64,000 nucleotides of DNA from assembly GCF_006345805.1 (NCBI RefSeq), contig NC_043002.1:98394001-98458000 (forward strand). Direction: 5' to 3'. Below, one piece after another: positions 27,903 to 42,404 of the stretch. Under the pieces are notes generated by a model. That model saw only the letters and a program-made list of their open reading frames with translations. It made no database searches and was not told where the DNA came from. Numbering within the stretch: position 1 is the first letter of the stretch; every line of letters starts with the position of its first letter. The DNA comes from Octopus sinensis. Taxonomy: Eukaryota. The position numbers were made by a program, and so were the translations under genes.

Positions 27903-29943
27903 TATATTATGTTTGACTTTTGCTTTACATTTGTGCAAGTTGGCTCCAAGTCTCACTCAGAGAACTCAAGAGACAAGCTGGAAGTTCATGTTGGAAATTA
28001 TCATTATTATTATTATTATTATTTTAGGGTGTTGCACTCATGATCTAGCAATCGTGATTTCAATCTCTAGACCAGGTGGTGCATTGTGTTCTTGAGCAAA
28101 ACACTTCATCTCACATTGCTCTGCAATCACTTCGACACTTGACATGTGGTACACCATACACCTGTTCAGATAATGTTGATTTGAGGGAGATAGTGAGGTT
28201 ATGTGTGATACAAGCGGTTGATCACTATAAACAAATCATTTGTGCAGGTCAGCTAGCAAAAAGCTGAACACTCATACATCGTCTTTGATGAGAGAGTCCA
28301 TCATCATTATTACTATTATTAAGGCAGTGAGCTGGCAGAATCGTTAGCACACCAGGCAAAATACTTAGTGTCATTTAGTTTGTTTCAACTTTCTGGGTTC
28401 AAATTCTGCTGAGGTTGACTTAACCTTTTATCATTTCAGGGTCAATAAAATAAGTACCAACTAAAACTGGGGTCAGTGTAATTGACTTACTCAGTCTCAA
28501 ACTTGCTGGCCTTGTACTAAAATTTGAAACAATAGTACTTATTGAGAGAGCAGTGCATGCCATCAAAGTGACACTGGGGTAAAATATACAAAGCCCAGTA
28601 TACCCATCATGACTACTGTCTGATAAGGGTACACCAAGCACATTCATCACAACCATACATGTGCGACAAGGTGATCTAATATCAAGATAAACAATGCATG
28701 ACCTTGCAGGTGGGGATCAATTAGAATTTTCTTCCGGTTGAGTGGCTCATCCTGCTCAAAGCTCCCTGAATAAGGGTTGTTTGAAGATGTTGACTGAAAC
28801 AACTGATAAGGTCAATCTGTGGTAGTGAACAAAATATTTGCTGTAACCTATCTTTCATACCAAGACAAAACATATACATGATAACACTTCCAATCAGTTA
28901 AGATCAGAAACCAGTAGAGCCAGTGCCTGGTATTGCATCTGAGTTCATATTCTGTTCAAGTCATCTTTGCCTTTCACCGGGGTCATTAAAATAATTACCA
29001 GTTAAACACTGATGTCAATGTAATCAGCTGACCCCCCCCACCACCACCACCACCACCACCACTACCACTTCAGAATCACTGGCCTTGTACCAAAATTTGA
29101 AACAGCCTTCTGGATGAAGTTGTTTTGTTGATGTTTAACTTCAGATCAGCCCTGATTGAAAACCTATTGATCAAAGCTATTCCAACCTGTATCAGCACAT
29201 CTCTTAAAGATTATCTCACGCTACATTGACTGTGTCCTCATTTCTTAAGATAATAGGATGTGACTTTTTAGGGAGATTTTGGCTCCTATTTCTAGCAGGT
29301 TCAGCAATCAAGTTTTCTGCTCAAAAGTAGAAAGTACATTATAGCAGATAGATGGCCTTTCTACTTGGTGATACTTAAAGATTTGTCACAAAATGTGATA
29401 AGTTAAATGGTTATTAGATCCCTTCTTTTTTTCCTCTTTACTCTAATGGAACTACAGAATGGCTTAAAGTATTAAAAGAAGGTTAAGTAAAATAGTGGCA
29501 AATTGATTAGGGATGGCAATTTATCAAAACTGGTCACTGCTGTTGTATTGTAGATAATACACAATACTTAGCAATATTAAGCTCTGACAAACCAATTAGC
29601 ATGTCTAATGAAAATGTCATGCCAGAATGGTTGTTTTTCCTGTTGTATGTTTGCATCTCCTGTATTGGGATAATGGCTTTGGAAACCTCTATATTACAAA
29701 GGTTCATGTATTTACTTTGATCATTCATTTTGATGTCTATTTTTTTGTGCTAGCATGGGTCAGATGAATACATATTATATTGGTACTCCTCCCCCTTCGC
29801 TCTCTCTCTCTCTATCTCCATATATATATATATCTATATCTGTATCTATCTATCTATCTATCTATTTATGTATATATATATATTTTTTTTTTTTTTTACT
29901 TGTTTCAGTCATTTGACTGCGGCCATGCTGGAGCACCGCCTTT

Positions 29944-30112
29944 AGAGTGGTGAAAGAGTACAGCAGGGATCACCACCATCCCCTGCCGGAGCCTCGTGGA
30001 GCTTTTAGGTGTTTTCGCTCAATAAACACACACAACGCCCGGTCTGGGAATCGAAACCGCGATTCTCCGACCGCAAGTCCGCTGCCCTAACCACTGGGCC
30101 ATTGCGCCTCCA
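29944..30112 (-). mobile_element. tRNA-derived SINE family E, fused to a family A tail fragment (~29890-29943)
   Basis: Minus strand GGAGGCGCAATGGCCCAGTGGTTAGGGCAGCGGAC...GGTTTCGATTCCC with A and B boxes; second copy at 34340-34628. Confidence 0.8.
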
Positions 30113-31386
30113 TATATATATATATATATACAAGCATAGCATTTACAATTAATCATCTGAATATAGAAATTGAAATGTTGTGTAAACAAAAGATTAATAA
30201 CCTAATCAGATCATACCAGTGTTGCTGGTTCTCAATGTTTGATTCAGCTTTATTGTATGATAAATATTGTTGCAAATCTCGTTGCCACTTGCTATGCTTG
30301 ACAGGTGAAATTTCTAATTTTATATATGTAAAAACTATATTGTCCAACAATATTGTGTCTGCAACATGTTCCAAGACTTACTGACTTGCTAAAAAGTCTG
30401 AAAAGTGAGTAGATTGAATTCTTTGCTTCTCAGAATGTCAGACCTAAAACAAGTTACTGTTTGATGATTGGCTGGTGACAAATTAATAGTAACGTAAATT
30501 CAGTGAAAGAACTTTACAAAAAGAAACCCCCCAAAACTGAACTTGAATTAGTTGTGTCCTTTCAAAAAAAAAAAAAAAAGAAAAAGAAAAAAAATGAATT
30601 GTATATGTCAAGTAAAGCTTCATGCTATGTGATTACTTGGTGCCGAAGTCGGTATTAAAGCTGACCCAAACTATGAAATGCTGGAACTTCATGATACTTA
30701 TGATTATGAATGTTCAACCAAATATCTCTTGGAACGCTATATTAGGCACAGACTTAGCCGTGTGGTTAAGAAGCTTACTTTTTGAGCACATAGTTTCAGG
30801 TTCTGTCCTACTGTACAACACCTTAGGCAAATGTCTTTTACTATAGCTACTGGTCAACCAATGCTTTGTGAGTGAATTTGGTAGATGGTAACTATGTGGA
30901 AACCCACCATATGTATATATCTATGTGTGTGTGTTGTGTTTGTTGCCCCACCACTACTTGACAACCATTGACAGTGGTTTGGTGAAAAAGACTGACAGAT
31001 TAAGTAACGGACTTATAAACTGTATGTACTGGGGTCAATTTGTCCAGTGATTGAAACAGATAAAAGATAAAGTTAAACTATAGTGTTATGATGTAATATT
31101 ATCTTTAGATACATGGTCTGTTACTGATAATTCCCTTTATTGACAACAGAAGAAAAGTAAAGTGTAGTTAACCCTTGCAATATTTAGGTCTAAAGTTTTG
31201 ACTAGCAAGACATCATATGACTAAGTGAAATTACTAACCCTATTCAGTTCTCTTTTGTTGTCTACAACTTCCATAGGGCATGCTGATGTACATGCCATAT
31301 ATTCTATTAATCATAGGAAGCTGCAAACTTGCAGAATTGTTAGCATGCCAGATAAGATGTCTTATGGTATTTTTCCAGATCTGTGT

Positions 31387-31652
31387 TCATCATCATCATC
31401 ATTTAGCGTCCGTTTTCCATGCTAGCATGGGTTGGACAGTTTAACTGGGGTCTGTGAAGCCGGAAGGCTTCATCAGGCCCAGTCAGATTTGGCAGTGTTT
31501 CCACGGCTGGATGCCCTTCCTAACGCCAACCACTCCGTGAGTGTAGTGGGTGCTTTTTACGTGCCACCTGCACAGGTGCCAGACAGAGCTGGCAAACGGC
31601 CACGAACGGATGGTGTTTTTACATGCCACTGGCACGGGGGCCAGGCGAGGCT
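31387..31652 (-). mobile_element. RTE LINE 3' UTR fragment nested in a SINE B remnant
   Basis: SINE B halves at ~31317-31385 and ~31653-31790 flank the insert. Confidence 0.75.
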
Positions 31653-32019
31653 GCTGAGTTCAAATTCCTCTGAGGTGAGCTTTGCTCTTCACCCTTTCAG
31701 GATTGATAAAATAAGTACCAGTTGAGCACTGGGATTGATTGGTTCTCTCCCCTGAAATTTCAGACCTTGTGCTTGTTGTAGACAGGATTAATCATAGGGT
31801 TTGTGTGACATTGTTCCATTATTTTTTTTCCCGTTTGCAAATTTATAATACCAGGGATTACTGATCTTCAAGAATTTTGTGGCCATGGAAGTTTATACTC
31901 TCATCTGTTCTTAAATGGCAACACTACAAAGAAGGTGTATTTAAGATTCTCAGTTGCAGTCTCTTGCTTGAAGAAGCTCAAGAAATACCAATATCAGTTG
32001 AATAAACGAGTACCATATT

Positions 32020-32345
32020 TGAAGGTGCATGGCCCAGGGTTTAGAGCATCGGGCTCGCAATCATGAGATAGTGTGTTCGATTCCTGTGCTGTGTTCTTGA
32101 ACAAGACACTTCATTTCATGTTGCTCCAGTTCACTCAGCTGTCAAAATGAGTTGCAACATCACTAGTGCCAAGCTGTATCAGTCCCTTTGCCTTTCCCTT
32201 GGATAACACTGGTGATGTGGAAAGGGGAGGCTTGTATGCATGGGTAACTACTGGTCTTCTATAAATAACCTTGCCCGAATTTGTGCCTTTGAGGGTAACT
32301 TTCTAGGTGAAATCCCATGGCCATTCATGACTGAAGGGGGTCCTT
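32020..32345 (+). mobile_element. tRNA-derived SINE family D variant
   Basis: TGGCCCAGGGTTTAG...GTTCGATTCC head plus the shared core. Confidence 0.7.
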
Positions 32346-34339
32346 CTTCCTTCTATTTGACAAGAACTTCTGCTTATAGAGCCCAGAAAATAATGAAAGG
32401 CATAATTTATAGACCTTGGAAAGATGAAAGGTCGTGTAAATGACATTGACAGGATTTGAACTGAAAACATGCAGGTTTAGAACTCAATATTGCAAGGCTT
32501 TTTGTCCACTAATCTAATGATTCTGCCAATCTACTATTTTTTGGTAGAACTGTATTACTTACAACAAATAAACATATAAATGAATAAATAAAATGTTTAA
32601 AAAGTAAAATAAAGATTACTATTGAACAATACTTTTCTTAGGAATCAATAATCAATATAGCCAATAATAATAATTCTTGAGCTGAGAGAACCAAATAATA
32701 AAAAAGAAAAAAAATGGCAACTTTCATCCAAAATATCTGCTAATTTACTTCCTAAAATTTCTTTTGTAATTCTGTAGTGAACCAACAATCTATATTTGCA
32801 ATGGTAATAACATTCTGCCAATGTTTTATTTGGATTTTCAACAAATTCTTACATATTTCCTGCAGCTTCCCAAGAGTTATTATATTATAATGGGTATTAT
32901 GTAATCCAATATATATTTAGGTCATCATCATATGAGTTTCCAAAATCCACCACAGCTGCCGCTGCCACTTCCACCGCCGCCGCCATCACCACCACCACTA
33001 CCACCACCACAACAGCAACAACTATCACTTCCATTGCGATTATGTTTCTATCATCATAATCATTCATTATTAAATTCTTTTGCATATTTCAACTGCTATT
33101 ACCATCAGTTAGTTTCTCCTTATCTTTATTATTGATGTTGTTATCTGAAGAATCAGTTGAGCATTGGGGAAAAGAAATGGCTTTGCTATATTTCTTCTCT
33201 CTCTCTCTCTCTTTACATTCTGAGTTCAAATCTTGATGATAGCAACACTACCTTTTATCCCTCTGGAGTCAATACAGTAAAGTATCAATCGAACAGGGTT
33301 GATGATTCTAACCCCCACCTACCTTTCACCTCAAAACTGTATGCCTTGTGCCTAAATTAGAAACAAACAATTACCGTTATTGATGGATTGGCAGAGTCAT
33401 TAGAGCATATGACAAAATGCCTTTGTGATATTTAGTTACAACTCTTTACATTCTCAGTTCAAATTCCACCAAGGTCAGCTTTGCCTTTCTTTTCTCTGGT
33501 ACTGGGGCTGATGCAATTGTCTAATGGCCTCCTCTTGAAATTGATGACCTTGTGCCTAAATTAGTAAACATTATAAAAAGTTAATCAAAAGAGGAAAAGA
33601 TGGAGGAAAGACTATGCCCATGATTTCACTAAGTCATTCCATCAACATTTTGAGTAGTTGCATTTATAGTGTTTTTTTTCATTTATCCACATCATCATCA
33701 CCCTGAGTACATAACCGTTGCTGCTACCAATGCATTATGTATTAACCGGAGGTTTCTGATGCCATATTTACTTTCCCACTAAATTTGAGGACCTGTGCCT
33801 TAGTGGTGGTGGCAGTGATGCATCTTGGTGACTGTTACATTTTTATATTTAACTAAATAATGATTTCTAGAAAGAGACTTATAGAAGTGCAATGCTATCA
33901 CCAATTCAAATATCTTTGTGGTAGATTCGAACTCATAAGCAAGCCATTTACTGTGCTTTGTCATGGAGGAAATTTCTCACTGTTGACAAATGGTGTCACT
34001 TATTGAAGTGACAAAGGAAGTAATTTCAATAGAAAATTAAGATTGCATTTGTCTTTTGAAAAGTGTCATTTGAATAGAAGAACAATGATTTTGACAAGTA
34101 ACTTTAAAAATCTTAATGAGTGGCTTATTAAAGTAATGAGAAACAATAGCCATGTGATAGTGGTGTGAACTACATAGTATATAAATAAATATGTGTATTC
34201 TTTTGCTATGATATATATGTGTATGTGTGTAAATGTATATACATATAAACAGGAGATGCAGAAAGCTGCATTGAATGAAATATATGTGTGTGTACAATCA
34301 TATTTAACATGTTCATGTACACTCAGATGTGGGATCAGT

Positions 34340-34628
34340 TATTCTTCTGGAGTCACGCCTGGCTCATAAGGGCCGGTTTCCTTGGCGTATAGGTTCCCCA
34401 CCTGGACAGGATGCCGGTCAGTCGTAGGTGAGCTGCAAGATGCAGGAGGAAAGAGTGAGAGAAAGTTGTGGTGAAAGAGTCAGCAGAAGTTTGCCATTAC
34501 CTTCTGCTGGAGCTGCGTGGAGCTTGGGTGTTTCGCTCATAAACACATGCATCGCCTGGTCTGAGATTCGAACCCACGATCTCTTGACCGCGAGACCGCT
34601 GCTCTAACCACTAAGCCATGTGCCTCCA
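34340..34628 (-). mobile_element. tRNA-derived SINE family E
   Basis: Minus strand TGGCTTAGTGGTTAGAGCAGCGG...GGTTCGAATCTC head; body similar to 29944-30112. Confidence 0.8.
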
Positions 34629-34645
34629 CTGTTAAATACGATAGT

Positions 34646-34698
<53 letters not shown>

Positions 34699-35391
34699 TT
34701 AAATTATGACCTGCCCTAATGAAAATGATGTATGAGCATCCAATTATTCTCCCAATCGAACCACTTTCCACCAAATTAGAGTATATGTAGTTGAGTATCT
34801 CACAGACTTGCATGTCCTTAACAGAAACAATTCTTTATTAGAATCAAATACATTTAATTTAATGAGTTTCTAAACAAGTTTCATCTATCCAGTTTCATTA
34901 ACAAGCCTTTGTCAATCTGAAGTTATTGGCAACAACATTTACTCAAAATGCTATATTGTTGTATTGAACCTGGATGTCTCATGGTTACCAAGTAAACTTA
35001 ACCACCCAGTCATGCCCCCCCCACTCACACACTTGTGTGTGTTGTATATGTGTGTAAATTTATGTCTTTCTATTGTTTATATTAGCATTAGCACTTTGAT
35101 TGGAATTTTTGTTTTTATCCATTACTTTAAAAGCTGCTCAGGTCTTTTCTCTGAGTGCCTCAAAGTTTTTATATAACCTTATAACACTAAATAAATTTGT
35201 CAGCAGTTTGCTAAGAAATCAAAGTAATTTTAGATACCAACTCATTAATTTTAGTTATTTTTTTAAACATTGTCTATTATTTTGAGGGATTAACTTTTGA
35301 TTATGTATTGTTTTGTATATTTATGTACTTATAGGTGTGAGTTAATGTATTTATATGCTATTTTGTATTTATATACATACATTCAAGTATA

Positions 35392-35441
<50 letters not shown>

Positions 35442-36410
35442 ATATATAATCCCTCTACTTATAATGAAGATGAGTTGCTCTTTTTCCTCTTGACATCATT
35501 TTCATCAATCTTAGAAAATAGACTATAGAATTAGAAGAAACTGACACTAATATCTAATCTAGTTATTCCTTCAGTTCAACATCATGTTTTAATTGTTCTT
35601 ATCTTTTTTAATTAACTTGTTTTAGGCATTGAATTGTGGCCATGCTTGGGGCACTGCCTCAAAAGGGTTTAGTTGAACAAATCAACACTTACTTGTGTTT
35701 TTTTTTAAATCTGGTACTTTTTCTATCAGTTCCTTTTACTGAAACATTTAAGTTACAAGGACATAAATAAACCAACATCCCTTGTTAAGTGGAGGTGGCG
35801 GTGGTGGTGGGTAGCAACGAGAAAACCATGGACATGTACACACACAAACATGCATATTTATAGTTTCCACACACCTTTTGTCTACCAAAATCACTAAGCA
35901 TTGGTCAACTTGGGGCTAAAACACAAGACACTTGCCCAAGGTACTGCACAATGGGATTGAACCCAATCCACATAGAAGCAAAGCGAGCTTCTTGAACACA
36001 AAGCCATGCCTGCACATTACTTATATTTACTTTTGCTATTTAACTCCATGTCGGTTTTGACGTGATGGATCTGTTACCAAAAGCATTCCAGTTATGACTA
36101 TCCTATCATTTCATAAAAAAAGGGATTACGTTGTTCAATGTATTTTTCCATTTTGAAGATACCAAAATATGATTTGAGGGATATTTGGCTGCTGTTTCAA
36201 GAATATTTCATATGGTACTAGCATTCTGCAATGTTTTGTTTGCATTTTCAACTGGTTCTAATGTATTTCCTGTAGCTTTTCAAGTGTTATTAATTATAAA
36301 TATTATGAAATCTGCCTGTGTATCTCTCTCCCACTATATATGTGTGTAATACATATATGCATGCATGCATACATACATACATACATACATACACACACAG
36401 ATAAATACAT

Positions 36411-37383
36411 GTATCAAACTTTCAAAGAGGTCAAATTGTTGGTGCTTGTATGTCAGGCACTAGCATAACGAAAACAGCTGAAATGTTTTGTGTATCAAGA
36501 AGTACTGTCTCGAAAGTAATGACAGCCTAAAGAAGGAAAAACCTCCTCGTTGAAGAAGATCACAAAAATACAGCTCCCAAAATGACTGCAGAGCTTAATG
36601 ACCACCTCAAGAACCAAGTTTCCACAAAAACTGTTCACCGGGAGCTGCACAAAGCCAGATTTCATGGGAGGGCTGCAATCAAGAAATCATTACTTTCACA
36701 AACAAATGTTGCAAAGCATTTAGAGTGGAGTAAAAACCTACAGAATTGGTCTCTAGAGCAGTGGAAGAATGTTATTTTGTTGGATGAGTCTTCCTTTACC
36801 TCATTTCTGACCACCAGCCGAGTATGCATGTGGAGACATCCAAAAGAAGCATTTGACCCAAAGGAAGATCTCTGATGATTTGAAGGGCCACATCTTGGAA
36901 ATCCACTGGCCCAATGATTTCCCTTCATAGCAGAATTAATAGTCAAGACTATTTAAGCATTTTATCTGATCAAATTCATCCTATGTTTGCGGAACTGATT
37001 CCAGAGAGAAACACAATCTTTCAGGATGATGATGCACCAATTCACACAGCTTAAGTTGTTACTGAATGGCACGAGGAACATTCTAGTGAAGTTGAACATC
37101 TTATCTGGCCACCACAGTGCCCAGATCTCAATATTATTGAACATTTATGGTGCATTTAGAAAAACAAAGTCAGGAGTGGATATCCTCCACCATCATCACT
37201 ACAAGAACTGGAGACTGTTTTAGATGAAGAATGGACAAAAATTCGTTTGGAAACAACTCAAACTTTGTATGAGTGCATACTTCATACAATTCAAGCTGTA
37301 ATTACTGCCAAAGGTGGTCCTACCCCTTATTAAAATAAATTTGTTTGAAATCGTAAGGTGTTTCCATTATTTCGTCCAACCCT

Positions 37384-37385
<2 letters not shown>
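36411..37385 (+). mobile_element. Decayed Tc1-family transposon (transposase pseudogene, right end retained)
   Basis: Fragments NFQRGQIVGA, STKTVHRELHK, QWKNVILLDESSF, FQDDDAPIHTA, WPPQCPDLNIIEHLW and KGGPTPY*. Ends GTGTTTCCATTATTTCGTCCAACCCTTG before TA. Confidence 0.9.
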
Positions 37386-37436
<51 letters not shown>

Positions 37437-37648
37437 TCGGGGTGAGTACTTGATAATTATGACATCATGTTTTTATTTTGATCAATTATATATATATATA
37501 TATAATATATAATATATATATATATACACGTTTGTACATATATATGTAAAATGTATCTATCTATCTATCTATCTATCTATATATCTATCTATCTATCTAT
37601 CTATATATCTATCTATCTATCTATATATCTATATATCTATATATATAT

Positions 37649-37695
<47 letters not shown>

Positions 37696-37775
37696 TTTGT
37701 ACATATATATGTAAAATGTATCTATCTATCTATATATATATACACGTTTGTACATATATATGTAAAATGTATCTA

Positions 37776-37865
<90 letters not shown>

Positions 37866-37900
37866 CTATATATATATATATCTATATATATATATATATA
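37386..37900. repeat. (TA)n/(TATC)n tract with a thrice-repeated TACACGTTTGTACATATATATGTAAAATGTATC unit
   Basis: Unit at ~37525, ~37691 and ~37741. Confidence 0.9.
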
Positions 37901-38588
37901 GCTTACTTACCTATTTTATCTTCTATAACTATCATCATTTCTTCACTTGTTATCAAAGGAGCCTCCATGCAGTTTCTAAAACAGCTACAAACTGCACCAA
38001 GATTTCTTCAAATCACAATCTACATACCTTAGAAAAATGGAAAGACACATTAGGTAATGTAGTTCTACTTATACTAATAGAATGGGATGGTCATGGCTGG
38101 TCTGCCATTCATTTTATATATACCAGCTCAATAAATGCTGGCTGAACATAGCTACCATCTGCACCACCATCACCAACACCACCACCACCACCATCTTTCA
38201 TTTTATTGATGTTGTCTTAGGTTGTGTAGTGTGTCAATTGCTCAGTATTCTTTGATTAAATTATTAATGAATATTTTGCTATAATTAGTGATGAGAAGTT
38301 TTACAAATTAATTAAATAAATTTAAACTCTACCTTTCCATTTCTTCAATTAGTCTCATTTTGGAACTTGATTTTGAATTTTAATCATTCAGTTTTTCTTT
38401 TCTTTTTTTATTTGTTCCATTATCTTGCTTCATTTCACTTGTCTTTTCACTCAATCATTTATACACTAACGAGCACATACCATACATACATATGTATACA
38501 CACATTTATTCACATAGACACAACATATGCACTCTCTGTATCTCTCTCGCATACACATACACTCATGTAATTACTTGTTTTATCACAC

Positions 38589-38970
38589 TGGCTGTGTGGT
38601 AAGAAGCTTGCTTCTTCACCACATGGTTCTGGGTTCAGTCCCACTGCGTGGCACCTATGGCATGTGTCTTTTACTGTAGCCTCTACCCAACCAAAGCCTT
38701 GTGAGTGGATTTGGTAGACGGAAACTGAAAGAAGCCCATCATATATATATGTGTGTGTGTGTCTGTCTCCCTCTCCACTGCTTGATAACTGGTTTGTGTA
38801 TGTCCCTGTAACTTAGCAGTTCAGCAAAAGCGAGTGATAGTAGAAGTGTCAGGCTTAAAGAAAAAACAAAAATAAGTACTGAGGTTGATTCATTCAACTA
38901 AAAATTCTTCAAGACGGTGCCCCAGCATGGCCACAGTCTAGTGACTGAAACAAGTAAAAGAGAAAAGATA
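38589..38970 (+). mobile_element. SINE family A (older subfamily)
   Basis: Head and tail match family A with more divergence. Confidence 0.8.
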
Positions 38971-39341
38971 TTCACACACACAGATACACACTTGCTTGAG
39001 TACACACACATATGCATGCACACACACATGCATGCACATAAACACTCTTACACAAGCCCTCACATACAAAGAAGTGCACATTTGAACACGCACTCCTACA
39101 GACACACTAGAGTGCACACTAACACTTGTGGATATACCCATATACATACCCTTTAAGTAAAAGATGTTGCACATTTGCTATCCACTAGCACACTCACCTG
39201 CATGTGCAGACACACACAAACAGTGTGCTTGTGTAAGTATTTCTAAAATATTTGTATTTGAATATATGTGTGTGTTTGCATGCATCTATGTATTTATGTA
39301 TGTATGTCTGTATGTATGTATGTATGTATGTATGTATGTAT

Positions 39342-39552
39342 GTGACCTCGTCTGTATCACTAGCGATTTTTTTTTTCCCCTGTCTTCCCTTCTTGGAATC
39401 TTTCCTTCTCCTATGTTTCCGACGAAGAGCTCCGCTCGAAACGTCAAACCCTCCTTCTTCCCTTCTTTCCTGAGCGTCCAATAATACTTTATTTGTTCCA
39501 CGTCCTTGCGTTGTTGTTTTTTTGTTTTTGTTTTCTTGTTTGGATTAACTTT
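39342..39552 (+). mobile_element. Short Penelope-pLTR-like repeat embedded in (TATG)n
   Basis: ~210 bp pyrimidine-rich element containing a hammerhead motif; partial second copy at 12231-12320. Confidence 0.65.
39415..39449 (+). ncRNA. Minimal type I hammerhead ribozyme motif, Penelope-type variant
   Basis: GTTT-CCGACGA-A-GAGC-TCC-GCTC-GAAA-CG-TC-AAAC. Stem I GUUU/AAAC, stem II GAGC/GCUC, GAAA box, palindromic ACGU stem III, GUC cleavage triplet ending at 39445. Confidence 0.7.
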
Positions 39553-39966
39553 ATGTATGTATGTATGTATGTTTTAAAGAATATATATATATTTATGTGT
39601 GTATGCAGACATAGATGTGTATAGTATATATGTGAAATGTATGTACAAGTATATCTCTGTAGTATGTATGTAATATACAGACAGTCACCTAGAGGAGAGT
39701 GTGAAGATGAATTAAGACCCACTCCCTACATCATCTCACACACACCACTCTCTCTCTCATCTGTCACCTCTGACATTAGACATATCACCTTTACTGTTGA
39801 TCACTGACTCAGCTAAATTACTGTGTGACATAAACCAGAGGTTCATCTCTCTTTTCCTTCCTTTTAATCTGTATTGATGACATTTCTAAATTCTAGTCTT
39901 TCTTGCTTCTCTTTATCCTTAGCTTTCTGTCTTTCTTCCTTTCTAATTAACTATTTAGTACATCAC

Positions 39967-39997
<31 letters not shown>

Positions 39998-40322
39998 TTC
40001 ACTATTCCACTTTGTCTATTGTTCTTCCTGCCCCCCTCCCCCCCTGCTATCCATCTCTGCTTCAAGCCCTTTATTTTCTTTCTCCTTAAATCTTTTCCCC
40101 TCACTGAATGATTTCTCCACTTTCTTGTCTATCTCTTTTTCACACCCAACCCTCCTCTCTCTCTCTCTCTCTTTCTCTCTCTTATGCTCCTCTTTCTTGT
40201 TTTCTTTTTCTCCCCTCTCCTTTTCTATCTTTTACATACTCCCCCTTTCTCTCATGCTTTCTTTTATAAGTCTCTTTCACTTCCCCCTTCTCTCTCTCTC
40301 TCCCTCTTATTTTCTTTACTTT

Positions 40323-40568
40323 TTTTCTCTTTTACTCTTTTCAGTCATTTGACTGCGGCCATGCTGGAGCACCGCCTTTAATCGAGCAACTCGACCCCGG
40401 GACTTATTCTTTTGTAAGCCCAGTACTTATTTTATCGGTCTCTTTTGCCGAACCGCTAAGTAACGGGGACATAAACACACCAGCATCGGTTGTCAAGCAA
40501 TGCTAGGGGGACAAATACAGACACACAAACACACACATGCATATATATATATATATACATATATACGA
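40323..40568 (-). mobile_element. SINE family A, 3' half
   Basis: Matches ~19760-20008; head missing. Confidence 0.85.
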
Positions 40569-41294
40569 CTATTTTCTTAGTATTTTTCCCTCTCTCCCTT
40601 TCTGTCTCTGTTAGTGACGTTCTTACTTCATATGAAACAGCCAATACAATGTTTGTGCATGCATGCATGTATATGTGTGTGTGTGCATGCGTGTATGTAC
40701 TCAAGCAAGTGTGTGTGTGAATATCTTTTATCTTTTACTTGTTTCAGTCAGTAGACTGTGGCCATGCTGGGGCACCATCTTAAAGAATGTTTCGTTGAAT
40801 GAATCAAACCTCAGTACTTATTGGCTCAACTTTTATTAAACCACATGCTACCCACCTTATAAAAAGACATTATAATTTTTATCCAGAGTACACTATTTCT
40901 GGAGAATATTGTATATTCCTCCAGTATATTCATGGGTGAAATGACCTTTTCATCAAATATCTGTCTGTTCTAGCTCAGTTGATCTGGATTTAGATGGTAA
41001 TAACAACCACAACTTAACACACACACACACACACATTTACTCACACTGAGATTGATTCAGTGGGAAATATACCTTCAGCCATAAGATTAGATTTCACCTA
41101 AACAAAGCAGATTTGTAAGAAGTGCTTATGAAATTAGTGTTGATTCCTCAATATTAAGGAAATCTTTTGAATGCAGCCAGGCTCAAAATAGCCCACTATT
41201 AAATGACCCTGAGAAGAGAATGGATATTTATTTATAAATTTTAGGTCATTAAAGCAGCTAGTATGGAAGGCGGACGTTAAAATATAATGATGAT

Positions 41295-41337
<43 letters not shown>

Positions 41338-41339
<2 letters not shown>

Positions 41340-41572
41340 CATCATCATCATCATCATCATCGTTTAGCGTCCGCTTTCCATGCTAGCATGGGTTGGACGG
41401 TTCAACTGGGGTCTGTGAAGCCAGAAGGCTGCATCAGGCCCAGTCTGATCTGGCAGTGTTTCTACGGCTGGATGCCCTTCCTAATGCCAACCACTCCGTG
41501 AGTGTAGTGGGTGCTTTTTACGTGCCACCCGCACAGGTGCCAGACAGAGCTGGCAAACGGCCACAGACGGAT
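41338..41572 (-). mobile_element. RTE LINE 3' UTR fragment
   Basis: Nearly identical to ~31387-31610. Confidence 0.8.
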
Positions 41573-41864
41573 ATATGAAGTAATAAATAATAAAGGTGCC
41601 ATATCTAGATATACAGTTTTCTGTGGTGAAAACAATCATTATTTCTGTAACCTATTTGGTTTTGATGATGATGATGGCGATGTTGTTGGTGATGGTGATG
41701 GAAAGTGTAGAGAAAGCAAGGAAGATTTAAATCAAAGCACATTTTCATTGTAGTAGAAAATTAATTGCTACTATACACACACACATACAAACATGCACAC
41801 ACATACAAACATGCACACACATACACACTTGTGTGTGTTTATATACATGTATGTACATATGCAT

Positions 41865-42259
41865 TAGGGTGACCTGGTGTGCTTGAGGAGACCTATTGAG
41901 TCAAGTACATCAACATCAAAATAGATATCAAATGGAAATTGTAGTTGTGATACCTGTGCCGGTGGCATGTAAAAAGCACCATCTGAACATGGCCGATGCT
42001 AGTGCCACCTTGACTGGCTTCTGTGCCGGTGGCACGTAAAAATCTCCAACCGATCATGGCCGCTGCCAGCCTCTTCTGGCACGTAAAAAGCACCCACTAC
42101 ATTCACAGAGTGGTTGGTGTTAGGAAGGGCATCCAGCTGTAGAAACACTGCCAGATCAGACTGGAGCCTGTTGCAGCCTTCTGGCTTCCCAGACCCTGGT
42201 CAAACTGTCCAACTCATTCTAGCATGGAAAACAGATGTTAAACGATGATGATGATGATG
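41865..42259 (+). mobile_element. RTE LINE 3' UTR fragment
   Basis: Reverse complement of 22753-23130; (GAT)n tail. Confidence 0.8.
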
Positions 42260-42373
42260 TGTGTATATATATTTATGTATATGTATATATGTTATGTATG
42301 TGTGTGTATGTATGTATATATATTACATATATGTTTGTGTGTGTGCATATATATATATGTGTGTGTGTGTGTG

Positions 42374-42404
<31 letters not shown>

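Noticed and set aside
28605-28640. CTGATAAGGGTACACC as a hammerhead core
   Set aside because: Not CUGANGA, and no stem II followed by GAAA.
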